Source: an uncultured Gammaproteobacteria bacterium (lineage in GTDB: Bacteria > Patescibacteriota > Patescibacteriia > Magasanikbacterales > GWA2-37-8). Taken from it: DNA of 64,000 nt. The translations under genes and the position numbers were made by a program. Each line of letters opens with the position of its first letter. The stretch's first letter is position 1. Positions 9,297 to 19,519 of this stretch are shown one piece after another. The notes under the pieces were generated by a model. That model had not been told where the DNA came from. It ran no database searches and saw only the letters and a program-made list of their open reading frames with translations. Where the stretch lies: contig CAZEDL010000002.1 in NCBI GenBank assembly GCA_964510885.1, positions 707-64,706 on the forward strand, in the 5' to 3' direction.

Positions 9297-10847
9297 ATGT
9301 CAAAACTTATTCCCATTATCGGCCTTGAAATTCATGTTGAGCTGAACACGAGCAGCAAGATGTTTTGTGCGTGCCGCAACAATCCGTTTGCCGAAGCGCC
9401 GAATACAAATATTTGCCCCGTATGCCTGGCCCACCCAGGCACGTTGCCAGCGCCGAATCGCGAAGCGATTATTTCCACGGTAAAAATTGCCCGAGCCTTG
9501 GGGTGCTCGATAGCAACCGACAGTAAATTTGACCGCAAGCATTATTTTTATCCTGATTTGCCAAAAGGCTACCAGATTTCGCAGTATGATCAACCGGTCG
9601 GGCAGAACGGAACTATCACACTTACCGGATTAGCTAAAAATCACCGGCCCGAAGCCACAATTGGTGTCACGCGCGTACACCTCGAAGAAGATACGGCCAA
9701 GTTGACGCACGGAGCTGATAACACGACTCTGGTTGATTTTAACCGGGCCGGGGTGCCGCTCGTTGAAATTGTCTCAGAGCCGGATGTAGAAAGCGCGGCC
9801 GAAGCCAAATTATATTGCCAGGAATTACAACTGATTTTTAAAACGCTCAAAGTGAGTGGTGCAGAAATGGAAAAAGGACAGATGCGGTGCGAGGCGAATA
9901 TTTCCTTGCAGGCAGAAGGAACGTGGAACAGAGAGCAAGGAGCAATTGTACCCCTAAATGGCGCGAAATTAAATGCGAAAGTGGAGGTCAAAAATTTGAA
10001 TTCGTTTAAGGCCATTGAAAAAGCGATTGAGTACGAAATCAAACGCCAGAGCGAACTGATTGAGAAGGGCGAGAGCTGGATCCCGGAAACGCGGGGCTGG
10101 GATGAGAATAAAGGTGTTACTGTACATCAGCGCAGCAAAGAATCAGCGGCGGATTATCGATATTTCCCGGAGCCAGATATTCCACCATTCAACCCCAGTA
10201 AACTGGCGTCACAGGCTTCATTGCCCGAACTTCCACAGACCAAACGAGCTCGCTTTCATGAAGAATTCGGCTTTTCTCACGCCGATAGCCAGATTTTGAC
10301 AGCTACTATTAGCTGGGCGGATTTTGCCGAAGCTACGATGAGTGAACTGCAAGAATGGGTACACAGCTTACCAGAGAGTAAAGATCTCACGCCCGCTCTT
10401 CTCACCTCGAAAAAACAACAACTGGCAAAATTAGCTGGCGGCTGGATGACAAGCAAGTTAATGGGGCTTATGGCCGAACGAGGAATCGATATCACGAATC
10501 TACGCATCAAGCCGGAAAATTTCTCTGAGTTAACGGCTTTAATCTTCACTAACCGAGTCAATTCTACCAACGCCCTCAAGATCCTGATTGAGATGCTCGA
10601 TTCGGGAGTTGATCTTGATCCCACTCATATTATGGAAGATAAGGGCTATGGCCAAGTGGCAGACGAAGGCAAAATTGGCGCCGTGGTTGACGAGGTGATA
10701 AAAAACTACCCCAAGCAGGTGGCTGAATTTAAAGCTGGCAAGGAACCGATCATTAAATTCTTGCTCGGCATGGCGATGAAAGCGACAGAAGGCAGTGCTG
10801 ATCCAGTGATGACAGAGAAATTATTACGCGAGCAATTATTAAAATAA
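9297..10847 (+). CDS. gatB: Asp/Glu-tRNA amidotransferase subunit B
   Basis: IGLEIHVEL, FDRKHYFYPDLPKGYQISQ, HLEED, DYRYFPEPD. Confidence 0.97.
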   Translation: MSKLIPIIGLEIHVELNTSSKMFCACRNNPFAEAPNTNICPVCLAHPGTLPAPNREAIISTVKIARALGCSIATDSKFDRKHYFYPDLPKGYQISQYDQPVGQNGTITLTGLAKNHRPEATIGVTRVHLEEDTAKLTHGADNTTLVDFNRAGVPLVEIVSEPDVESAAEAKLYCQELQLIFKTLKVSGAEMEKGQMRCEANISLQAEGTWNREQGAIVPLNGAKLNAKVEVKNLNSFKAIEKAIEYEIKRQSELIEKGESWIPETRGWDENKGVTVHQRSKESAADYRYFPEPDIPPFNPSKLASQASLPELPQTKRARFHEEFGFSHADSQILTATISWADFAEATMSELQEWVHSLPESKDLTPALLTSKKQQLAKLAGGWMTSKLMGLMAERGIDITNLRIKPENFSELTALIFTNRVNSTNALKILIEMLDSGVDLDPTHIMEDKGYGQVADEGKIGAVVDEVIKNYPKQVAEFKAGKEPIIKFLLGMAMKATEGSADPVMTEKLLREQLLK

Positions 10848-10917
10848 ACGGCCTTTTGCCAATTAATATAAGCAAGTAACGGTATAAGAATGTCTTAAAT
10901 TTTAATGTCAATTATTA

Positions 10918-11127
10918 TTGACATTTTTTTTAATTTGTGCTAAACATAGGCGATATACATTTAAAAATTGACGGTATAAAAAGTGCTTACAAAGTACTTT
11001 TTTTGCCGCCAAAACAGCTAGTTGCACTGTTCGCTCGTGTCCCTACTACCTACATGGGCGGCAAATTTTGGCATATTACGCCAGAGGGTAGTAAAGCAAA
11101 ACAGTGTAACACAGAAGAGGAGTACCC
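10918..11127 (+). promoter_or_regulatory. Cassette 2 promoter and structured leader with SD
   Basis: TTGACA-17-TAAACA preceded by TG (weak -10); long stem GTTGCACTGTT/AACAGTGTAAC enclosing TACTACC/GGTAGTA; GAGGAG SD. Confidence 0.6.
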
Positions 11128-12084
11128 ATGCGGTGTTTGGTTTTGATAACAGTCCTAGCTGTCGGGTGCCAGGCACCTGACAGCTGGATCCCTCCTGAAA
11201 CCTGTTACGATGGCGTCGAAGATACCGGCGAGACCGGTGTCGACTGCGGGGGCACATGCCCCCAAGGGTGTGGTCCGCGCCAGTGCTTCGCCGATGACTC
11301 GTGTTGCAGCAGTGACGACGACTGCGCCACCGGCCTTAAGTGCCGGAGCGGGTTCTGCGGCGTCAGGGCCTGTGCGGATCAGACCGACTGCGCCGACGGG
11401 TTCACCTGCAGTGCAAACTCGCCCGATGCAGCCAAGTTCTGTAGCTATAGTGACGGATGCTCCGATGGCACACACACCATCGGGCTCGGAGAGACCGATG
11501 TGGACTGCGGTGGGGCGATTTGCCCCCTCTGCAAAGAGGGGAAGCACTGCTACCAGAACATCGACTGCGACTGGTCGGTCGGCCTCGTGTGCGGCGCAGG
11601 CAACATCTGCCAACGGCTCGCATGTTCCGACAACGGCGCGTCATGTGACAACGCCCTGCACCCTCCGGCACGGCCCTGGTTCACCTGCCAAGCCGGGACG
11701 TGCACCGCTCCGTCATGCCGCGATGGGGTGAAGAACGGCATTGAGACGGACGTGGACTGCGGCGGAGAGAGTGGCACCGGCCCTGGGTGCAATTCCACCT
11801 GCAGACCGGGCCAGAAGTGCGGCAGGTACTGGGACTGCCTGGACCGCGGCGCCTGCAACGCAGGCATCTGCCAAGCTCCCACCTGCACCGACGGGGTGAA
11901 GAACGGGGCCGGGGTGAAGACTGAGTGGGGTATCGACTGCGGCGATCAATCCGGGACGTGTCCCGGATGCCACAGTAACACCCCTTGCCAACAGAACTAC
12001 CACTGCGCCAGCGGCGTCTGCCACCAGTGTGCGTTGGGGGACCACAGTCCACCCTGCACCGCCACTGGGAGTTACTGTCAGTAA
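11128..12084 (+). CDS. GC-rich Cys-rich repeat lipoprotein (cassette 2)
   Basis: Lipobox LAVGC; four CxDG..ETxVDCGG-type repeats. Confidence 0.85.
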   Translation: MRCLVLITVLAVGCQAPDSWIPPETCYDGVEDTGETGVDCGGTCPQGCGPRQCFADDSCCSSDDDCATGLKCRSGFCGVRACADQTDCADGFTCSANSPDAAKFCSYSDGCSDGTHTIGLGETDVDCGGAICPLCKEGKHCYQNIDCDWSVGLVCGAGNICQRLACSDNGASCDNALHPPARPWFTCQAGTCTAPSCRDGVKNGIETDVDCGGESGTGPGCNSTCRPGQKCGRYWDCLDRGACNAGICQAPTCTDGVKNGAGVKTEWGIDCGDQSGTCPGCHSNTPCQQNYHCASGVCHQCALGDHSPPCTATGSYCQ

Positions 12085-12262
12085 TCCCAAGAGCGGCCCA
12101 GGCACATAGTGCTTGGGACGGCTCTGTCACCTGGGCCGCTCGATTAGATCCATGAATTTCGTGGATGTAATCGAGCTCAGGTGAAAAAATGTATTACGTG
12201 TCATTAAAAAAATCTCATACATAATTGAGATTTTTTTATTTTTCTATCCACACCATTATCCC

Positions 12263-12383
12263 TTGCCCCGGCCACACCCGCTTGGTATACTGGCAAAGAT
12301 CATTATGCAGAACCACTCCCTCATCACCACTGTTCACGACACACTTTCATAGACGGCCACCCGCAGCGGGTGGCTATTTTTTT
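12263..12383 (+). promoter_or_regulatory. Putative pyrimidine-operon attenuator (promoter, leader peptide, terminator)
   Basis: TTGCCC-17-TATACT; ORF 12305-12352 MQNHSLITTVHDTLS; GCCACCCG/CGGGTGGC hairpin plus T tract before carA. Confidence 0.65.
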
Positions 12384-12411
12384 GCCTATATAGTGCTAAA
12401 TATCCTGCCAT

Positions 12412-13473
12412 ATGCCTACGCCAGTCTTTCTAGAGTCTTGGCTACATCTTAAAAATGGAGCCATCTTTCCCGGTCACTCACCAGCCTGGCAAAAAGGTGC
12501 CCGTTGGTCAGGTGAAGTAGTGTTTAATACCGGCATGACCGGTTATGTAGAATCACTGACCGACCCGTCGTATACCGGCCAAATTCTAGTCTTTACCTTT
12601 CCGCTGATTGGTAATTATGGAGTAACTCCGGAAACAGGTTGGGAATCCCAAAAAATTTACGCTTCAGGAGTGGTGGTAAGTGAAGCTTGTGATGCGTGGA
12701 GTCACCCGATGAGTACCCGGTCGCTAGCAGATTGGCTCAAAGAACAAGGCGTGCCTCTCATTGTCGGAGTGGATACCCGGGCTCTGACGCAGGAATTGCG
12801 TGGAGCAGGCACCATGCGCGGCACGATCAGCGGCAGCGCTACACTGTCAGTCAAAGAAACAGACAAGACCATTTCTAATCCGATTCCAGCCTGTTGTATC
12901 GACAAGCCAACTTCCTATGGAAAGGGCAAAAAAAAGATCATTGCCGTGGATTGCGGAATGAAAGAAAATATTATCCGCTGCCTGACCGAATATAACGTGA
13001 CGGTAAAACGCGTGCCGCATGATTATGATTATTCGGACGAGGCGTTTGATGGTGTGTTCTTGTCCAATGGGCCAGGTGATCCGGAGCAGTACGTACAAAC
13101 CATTGCCATTTTGAAAAAGGCTTTTGCTCGGAAGAAGCCAATTTTTGGTATCTGCCTTGGCTCACAAATTATGGCCCTCGCGGCCGGAGCGAAGACCTAT
13201 AAATTACCCTTCGGGCACCGGGGGCATAATCAGCCATGCTTTGATACAGCTGCTAAGAAAGCGGTGATTACGAGTCAAAACCATGGGTATGCCGTGATTG
13301 AAAAAACCTTGCCTAAAGACTGGGAGGTGACGTATCGGAATTTGAACGATCAATCGGTGGAAGGAATCGCCCATAAAAAATTACCGTTCTTTTCGGTGCA
13401 GTTTCATCCGGAAGCAGCGCCGGGGCCGACGGATACGCGGGATTTGTTTGAGAAATTTTTTAAACTATTGTGA
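12412..13473 (+). CDS. carA: Carbamoyl-phosphate synthase small subunit
   Basis: GEVVFNTGMTGY, SNGPGDP, GICLG, SQNHGY, QFHPE. Confidence 0.97.
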   Translation: MPTPVFLESWLHLKNGAIFPGHSPAWQKGARWSGEVVFNTGMTGYVESLTDPSYTGQILVFTFPLIGNYGVTPETGWESQKIYASGVVVSEACDAWSHPMSTRSLADWLKEQGVPLIVGVDTRALTQELRGAGTMRGTISGSATLSVKETDKTISNPIPACCIDKPTSYGKGKKKIIAVDCGMKENIIRCLTEYNVTVKRVPHDYDYSDEAFDGVFLSNGPGDPEQYVQTIAILKKAFARKKPIFGICLGSQIMALAAGAKTYKLPFGHRGHNQPCFDTAAKKAVITSQNHGYAVIEKTLPKDWEVTYRNLNDQSVEGIAHKKLPFFSVQFHPEAAPGPTDTRDLFEKFFKLL

Positions 13474-13481
13474 TGGGCCGA

Positions 13482-13653
13482 TGTCATTCCCGAGCAGGCG
13501 GGAATCCAGTGGCCAATCACTCTATAACCACTTTGTCATTCTGAGCGGAGCGAAGAATCTCTGTCCGGTGGTGAGGCTAGAAATTAAAACAGAGATCCTT
13601 CACTGCGTTCAGGATGACAGTTGAGACGTGGATTCCCGCCTGCGGGAATGACA
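13482..13653. repeat. Nested REP/MITE-like palindrome between carA and carB
   Basis: GTCATTCCCG..GGGAATCC outer arms; GTCATTCTGAG..TCAGGATGAC inner arms. Confidence 0.85.
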
Positions 13654-13696
13654 GATAGTAAACAATAACGCTACTCTGTAATTAAATTATTACGAT

Positions 13697-16600
13697 GTGA
13701 AAAAGACTAAAATCAAAAAAGTCCTCCTCCTCGGCTCCGGCGGCCTCCGTATTGGCCAGGCTGGGGAATTTGATTATGCTGGCTCACAAGCCCTGAAAGC
13801 ACTGAAGCAAGAAGGGATTAAAACCGTGCTGGTGAATCCGAATATTGCCACGGTGCAAACTGATCCGGGGATGGCTGACCAGGTATATCTACAGCCATTG
13901 AATGTCCGGACAGTGACGGAAATTATTAAGAAAGAGCGACCGGACGGAATCTTGCTTAGCTTCGGTGGGCAAACGGCGCTTAATTTGGGATTAGCGCTTG
14001 AAAGCCAGGGGGTTTTAAAAAAATATGGTGTTCGCGTGCTTGGTACGCCGGTCGCGACTATTCGGGTGACTGAGGATCGTGATTTGTTTAAAAAAGCCTT
14101 GCACGAAATTGGGGTGATGACGCCGAAAAGTGTGGCGGTGACCACTGTGCCGGCAGCACTCAAAGCAGCCGAAAAGATTGGGTATCCGATTATGCTGCGT
14201 TCTGGATTTTCTCTCGGCGGGCTTGGCTCCGGTCGGATTGCTGATAAAAAAGAGTTAGAGATCCGAGCAACCGAAGCGCTGCATAATGCGCCGCAAATTC
14301 TGATCGAAGAATATCTCACCGGTTGGAAAGAAATTGAATATGAAGTGATACGCGATGCGAACGACACCACACTTACGATCTGTAATATGGAAAATCTCGA
14401 TCCGATGGGTATCCATACGGGCGAAAGTATTGTGGTGGCGCCGTCGCAGACCCTGACCAATACTGAATTTCACCTCTTGCGCGAAGTGACGATTAAAGTG
14501 GCCCGCAAAATGGGCATCGTGGGCGAAGGCAATGTGCAATTCGCCCTTAATTCCCAGACGGGCGAATACCGGGTGATTGAAATGAATGCGCGGTTATCGC
14601 GCTCGAGCGCTCTGGCTTCCAAAGCTACCGGGTATCCGCTGGCGTTTGTAGCTGCCAAAATTGCGCTTGGGAAAAAACTGACAGAAATTCCGAATGCCGT
14701 GACCAAGAAGACAACCGCCGCCTTTGAACCCGCACTTGATTATGTGGTGGTAAAAATTCCCCGCTGGGATCTGACTAAATTCAAGATCGACAGCCGCGAA
14801 ATTGGTACGGAAATGAAGAGTGTCGGTGAAGTCATGGCAATTGGGCGCAGCTTCCCGGAAGCGCTGCAAAAAGGGGTGCGCATGCTCAATATTGGGGCCA
14901 GCGGATTGTCGGATTATCCCGTAGCTATCGACACGTATCGCCAGGAAATCGAACGCGCCACGGATCGGCGATTATTTGCGATCTACCAAGGGCTTAAAAA
15001 GGGTCTGAGCCTGGCTGAAATTTGCACCTTATCACATATAGACCCCTGGTTTTTGAACCATATCAAAAGTATTGCCGAGATGGAAAAACAGCTGCTGAAA
15101 GAAAAATTAACACCAGAATTACTCCGAGCAGCGAAGCGTCTCGGCTGGTCGGACAAAGGTATTAGTAAGCTGAAAAAAACCACGGAGCAGGCGATCCGGC
15201 AGCTGCGGCTAAAGCACAAGATTACTCCGGTGATAAAACAAATCGATACCCTGGCTGGTGAATTTCCGGCGGCGACTAATTATTTGTATACCACGTATCA
15301 TGGGGAAAGAAATGACATTGCACCAAGCGCTAAACACCCCTTGATTATTCTTGGCTCTGGCCCCTACTGCATCGGGTCGTCGGTGGAATTCGATTGGTGC
15401 GCAGTGAATACTGCTCGCACCTTGCGCTCGCTCAAAGAAACTACAATCATTATTAATTCTAATCCGGAAACGGTGTCGACTGATTATGATGAATCTGATC
15501 GTTTGTATTTTGAAGAACTGACGCTGGAGAGGGTGCAAGATATTGCGGATTTTGAAAAATCTAAAGGGCTGATTGTATCAGTCGGCGGTCAGATCGCTAA
15601 TAATCTGGCAGCCCCGCTCGCAGCGGCTGGCTACCACCTGCTTGGCACTTCAGCAGCCTCAATTGACCAGGCAGAGGATCGTAAAAAATTCTCTACCCTA
15701 CTCAACACACTTGGAATCGATCAACCGGCGTGGACGGAAGCGACTACTCTTGCCAACGCAAAAGAGTTTGCTGAAGAGGTAGGATACCCAATCTTGGTAC
15801 GCCCTTCGTATGTATTGTCGGGAGCGGCGATGAATGTAATCCACTCAGGGGCAGAGCTGCAGCGATACCTCGATGAAGCTACTGAGCTATCGAGCGATCA
15901 TCCGGTGGTGATTTCACAATTTATCAAAAATGCCAAAGAGCTTGAAGTCGACGGTGTAGCTTATAACGGTGAGGTAGTGATCGATGCCATTTCCGAACAT
16001 ATTGAAAATGCGGGCGTGCATTCAGGGGATGCTACGATCGTGTTGCCGCCGCAGCGTTTGTATCTCGGCACGATTCGACAAGCCAAACACATCACCCGCC
16101 AAATTGTAGCCGCTCTCAAGATCACTGGGCCATTTAATATTCAGTTTTTGGGGCGAGATAACGAGCTTAAAGTGATCGAGTGCAATTTGCGCGCCTCGCG
16201 GTCATTCCCGTTTGTGTCGAAAGTTACCACTCATAATTTTATTGCTCTCGCTACCCGCGCGCTCCTGAACAAATTACCGATGATTCGGCCGTTTGAAACT
16301 CTAGAGCTTAACTATGTAGGTGTGAAAACGCCGCAGTTTTCATACCAGCGCGTGAAAGGCGCTGATCCCGTGACCCGGGTGGAAATGGCCTCGACCGGCG
16401 AAGTCGGCTGCCTGGGGCGCACCTACCGCGAAGCGTTTGTCACCTCATGGCTTGGCACTGAACAAGACATTCGCGGCAAACGCGCCCTGATCTCGATCGG
16501 CGAGGACAAAAAAATGAAATTGCTTGAACATGTTAAAGCGCTGGCTGAGGCTGGTTGGACATTGTTTGCCACCGATGGCACCCATGACCTCTTGGCGCAA

Positions 16601-16894
16601 AATGGCATTATGAGTACCTGGGTAGCCAAAACGCACGAAGCGGCCGAACCGAATGTGCGCACCCTCCTGACGAATCAAGGCGTAGATTTAATTATCAATA
16701 TCCCGCAAAATGGCGGCTCAAACCAAGCCACCAGCGGCTTCGCTTTGCGACGCCTCGCCACCGACCACCGAATCCCCCTGATTACCAATGTACAATTGGC
16801 GCAATTATTCCTCCGCTGCATATCCGAACTAGATTTTACTCATCTGCCGGTGGTATCGTGGCAAGACTATACTAATCGAACCTTATTTTCTTAA
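13697..16894 (+). CDS. carB: Carbamoyl-phosphate synthase large subunit
   Basis: GQAGEFDY, duplicated ATP-grasp halves, C-terminal MGS domain. Confidence 0.97.
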   Translation: MKKTKIKKVLLLGSGGLRIGQAGEFDYAGSQALKALKQEGIKTVLVNPNIATVQTDPGMADQVYLQPLNVRTVTEIIKKERPDGILLSFGGQTALNLGLALESQGVLKKYGVRVLGTPVATIRVTEDRDLFKKALHEIGVMTPKSVAVTTVPAALKAAEKIGYPIMLRSGFSLGGLGSGRIADKKELEIRATEALHNAPQILIEEYLTGWKEIEYEVIRDANDTTLTICNMENLDPMGIHTGESIVVAPSQTLTNTEFHLLREVTIKVARKMGIVGEGNVQFALNSQTGEYRVIEMNARLSRSSALASKATGYPLAFVAAKIALGKKLTEIPNAVTKKTTAAFEPALDYVVVKIPRWDLTKFKIDSREIGTEMKSVGEVMAIGRSFPEALQKGVRMLNIGASGLSDYPVAIDTYRQEIERATDRRLFAIYQGLKKGLSLAEICTLSHIDPWFLNHIKSIAEMEKQLLKEKLTPELLRAAKRLGWSDKGISKLKKTTEQAIRQLRLKHKITPVIKQIDTLAGEFPAATNYLYTTYHGERNDIAPSAKHPLIILGSGPYCIGSSVEFDWCAVNTARTLRSLKETTIIINSNPETVSTDYDESDRLYFEELTLERVQDIADFEKSKGLIVSVGGQIANNLAAPLAAAGYHLLGTSAASIDQAEDRKKFSTLLNTLGIDQPAWTEATTLANAKEFAEEVGYPILVRPSYVLSGAAMNVIHSGAELQRYLDEATELSSDHPVVISQFIKNAKELEVDGVAYNGEVVIDAISEHIENAGVHSGDATIVLPPQRLYLGTIRQAKHITRQIVAALKITGPFNIQFLGRDNELKVIECNLRASRSFPFVSKVTTHNFIALATRALLNKLPMIRPFETLELNYVGVKTPQFSYQRVKGADPVTRVEMASTGEVGCLGRTYREAFVTSWLGTEQDIRGKRALISIGEDKKMKLLEHVKALAEAGWTLFATDGTHDLLAQNGIMSTWVAKTHEAAEPNVRTLLTNQGVDLIINIPQNGGSNQATSGFALRRLATDHRIPLITNVQLAQLFLRCISELDFTHLPVVSWQDYTNRTLFS

Positions 16895-16904
16895 TGTTTC
16901 AGCT

Positions 16905-17834
16905 ATGCCGAAATCTGCATCGTTTAAAGGCAAAGATATTATCTCGATTCGTGATTTTTCGCGAGCGGATATTGAACATGTTTTGTCAGTCGCCAAAAAA
17001 CTAAAACAAAAACCAGCCCCACAGCTCCTGTCCGACACTGTGCTCGGCGCCTGCTTTTTTGAACCCTCTACCCGCACGAGATTGTCGTTTGAATCGGCGA
17101 TGCAGCGACTTGGTGGCAGAGTGATCGGATTTGCCGATCCGAGCGTGACATCGAGTAAAAAGGGCGAAACCTTTCATGATACGATCAAAGTGGTCAACCA
17201 ATTCACCGATGTGATTGTGGTACGCCATTACCTTGAAGGGGCGGCCCGCTATGCGGCCGAAGTATCAAGTGTGCCGGTGATCAATGCCGGCGACGGATCA
17301 AATGAACACCCAAGCCAGGCTCTGCTCGATCTATTTACTATGCAGGAAGCCCAGGGAAAGATTGACGGCTTGCACATTGCGCTCGCCGGCGACCTCAAAT
17401 ATGGCCGCGGCATCCACTCGTTGGTGTTGGCATTACAACACTTTAAAGTTCACTTGTATTTTATTGCCCCGCCCACAGTCAAAATTTCTCCAGCTATTCG
17501 CACCGAACTTAAACGCGCTGGGGTACTATTTTCAGAGCATGCCAGCATCGATGAAGTGATCAAAAAAATCGATATTCTCTACCTGACCCGCATGCAGGAA
17601 GAGCGGTTCCCGGACCGGGCTGAATATGAAAAGGTGAAACACGCTTTTTTTGTGACACCGGAATTGATCGCCAAAGGCAAGCGAAACTTGCGCATTCTGC
17701 ATATTATGCCGCGGGTATGCGAAATGGATACTGCCATTGATAATTCACCTCAGGCCTACTATTTCGAACAGGTACATAACGGCTTATTTGTGCGTGAAGC
17801 ATTATTCGCATTGGTACTTGGAAAAATTTCTTAA
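16905..17834 (+). CDS. pyrB: Aspartate carbamoyltransferase catalytic subunit
   Basis: FFEPSTRTRLSFE, NAGDG, HPSQ, TRMQEER. Confidence 0.97.
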   Translation: MPKSASFKGKDIISIRDFSRADIEHVLSVAKKLKQKPAPQLLSDTVLGACFFEPSTRTRLSFESAMQRLGGRVIGFADPSVTSSKKGETFHDTIKVVNQFTDVIVVRHYLEGAARYAAEVSSVPVINAGDGSNEHPSQALLDLFTMQEAQGKIDGLHIALAGDLKYGRGIHSLVLALQHFKVHLYFIAPPTVKISPAIRTELKRAGVLFSEHASIDEVIKKIDILYLTRMQEERFPDRAEYEKVKHAFFVTPELIAKGKRNLRILHIMPRVCEMDTAIDNSPQAYYFEQVHNGLFVREALFALVLGKIS

Positions 17835-17846
17835 TCGCCAAGATCT

Positions 17847-18317
17847 ATGATTACGTCGAATGAACAACTGCAAGTCGCCGCCATTAAAAATGGCACAGTT
17901 ATTGACCATATTTCAGGAGGCAGTGCCCTTAAAATTATCCGCCTCTTAAATTTACCCAAAGATAAAACGCAGGTCACCGTGGGTCTTAACTTGCCAAGCA
18001 AGCAAATGGGGGTGAAAGATTTAATAAAAGTAGAAAATCGTACTTTAACCCCTGACGAAGCCAATCGGGTGGCGTTATTCGCCCCGTCGGCCAGCATTAA
18101 TATCATTGAAAAATACCGAATTGTTAAAAAATTTACGGTTGCTATGCCGAAACAGATCCATGGTATCGTTGTCTGCCCCGGAGCCAAGTGCATCACCAAT
18201 CATGAACCCATGGAGAGCCGATTTAAAGTAGAAACGATGAACGGCGCCGTATCGCTGCGCTGTGATTATTGTGATACGGTATTTTTGCGCGATGATGTTA
18301 AAGAATATCGGGTATAA
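17847..18317 (+). CDS. pyrI: Aspartate carbamoyltransferase regulatory subunit
   Basis: IKNGTVIDHI, KDLIKVE, C-x4-C and CxxC zinc site. Confidence 0.95.
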   Translation: MITSNEQLQVAAIKNGTVIDHISGGSALKIIRLLNLPKDKTQVTVGLNLPSKQMGVKDLIKVENRTLTPDEANRVALFAPSASINIIEKYRIVKKFTVAMPKQIHGIVVCPGAKCITNHEPMESRFKVETMNGAVSLRCDYCDTVFLRDDVKEYRV

Positions 18318-18320
18318 ACT

Positions 18321-19511
18321 ATGGAGATAAAAACATATACTGGCCAAATCATCAATGTACCGCTAGATAGTAAACAAACTGATACCCTTGTGGCACTCCC
18401 CGGCCTGATTGATCTGCATGTCCATTTTCGCACTCCTGGCCAGGAATATAAAGAAGACTGGCAGTCGGGAGCGCGTGCTGCCATCGCCGGCGGCGTGACC
18501 ACGGTGGCGGATATGCCAAATAATAGTCCGGCTATTACCACGGCTGAACTAGTGCGCCAGAAAGTAGCGACCGTGACAGAACACCTAGCTGACGCCGACC
18601 TTCCCCTCCGGCACTACTTCTATATTGGCGCCACACCAAACAATGACACCGAAATAAGGCAGGCAGCGGCCGAAAAAAGTGTGATTGGGATTAAAGTATT
18701 CATGGGGTCAAGCACGGGGACACTCCTAGTGAACAATCGCGATGATCAGCGCCGACTGTTCGCGTTATCAGCTGAACTAGGCGTACCGCTGCTGCTCCAT
18801 GCCGAAGATGAAGCGTTAATAAATGAAAATAAAGTACGGTATCCTAATCCGACACTTCTCGAACACTCATTGATTCGCTCTCCGGCCGTGGCGGCCCGGG
18901 CCCTCGAATCGGCGCTCGAGATGGCCGCAGAATATAAAAATACGATCTATGTACTGCACACCAGCACTGCCGAAGAAATGAATTTGTTGCGCGATGCTAA
19001 AAAATCTGGCATTAAAGTATATGCCGAAACTACGCCCCACCACTTATTTTTGACAACCGAGGATTACGGACGGCTTGGCACCAAAGCCCAAATGAATCCT
19101 CCGCTACGGTCTAAAAAAGATCAGACGGCACTCTGGGAAGCGGTGCAAGACGGAACAATCGATACCGTTGCCACCGATCATGCCCCTCACACGATCGCAG
19201 AAAAAAATAAACCATATCCAGACTCTCCGTCTGGCGTGCCGGGAATAGAAACGATGCTGCCACTGCTTTTGAATGCCTACCGCGAGGGACGGCTTACCCT
19301 GAGTCGACTGGTAGCGCTTACCCATACCAATCCACGCACTATATTTAATCTACCGGAAAGAAATGATTGGGTGATCGTCGATACCGCACTTATTAAAATG
19401 GTCGCTGATACTACTTTAAAAACTAAATGTGGCTGGTCGCCGTTTAGCGGGCAAATACTCACTGGTTGGCCGGTGGCGACCGTTATAGACGGGCAGGTCT
19501 TTACTTACTAA
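18321..19511 (+). CDS. pyrC: Dihydroorotase
   Basis: PGLIDLHVHFR, DMPN, MNPPLR, TDHAPH. Confidence 0.93.
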   Translation: MEIKTYTGQIINVPLDSKQTDTLVALPGLIDLHVHFRTPGQEYKEDWQSGARAAIAGGVTTVADMPNNSPAITTAELVRQKVATVTEHLADADLPLRHYFYIGATPNNDTEIRQAAAEKSVIGIKVFMGSSTGTLLVNNRDDQRRLFALSAELGVPLLLHAEDEALINENKVRYPNPTLLEHSLIRSPAVAARALESALEMAAEYKNTIYVLHTSTAEEMNLLRDAKKSGIKVYAETTPHHLFLTTEDYGRLGTKAQMNPPLRSKKDQTALWEAVQDGTIDTVATDHAPHTIAEKNKPYPDSPSGVPGIETMLPLLLNAYREGRLTLSRLVALTHTNPRTIFNLPERNDWVIVDTALIKMVADTTLKTKCGWSPFSGQILTGWPVATVIDGQVFTY

Positions 19512-19519
19512 TTGCGCCT

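Noticed and set aside
11018-12130. Many overlapping alternative-frame ORFs in GC-rich cassettes (also 2668-3952, 27027-28311, 31675-32281)
   Set aside because: Expected from stop-codon scarcity at high GC; no SD or recognisable motifs
12207-12245. Hairpin as part of the pyr attenuator
   Set aside because: Lies upstream of the carA promoter; better explained as the cassette 2 terminator
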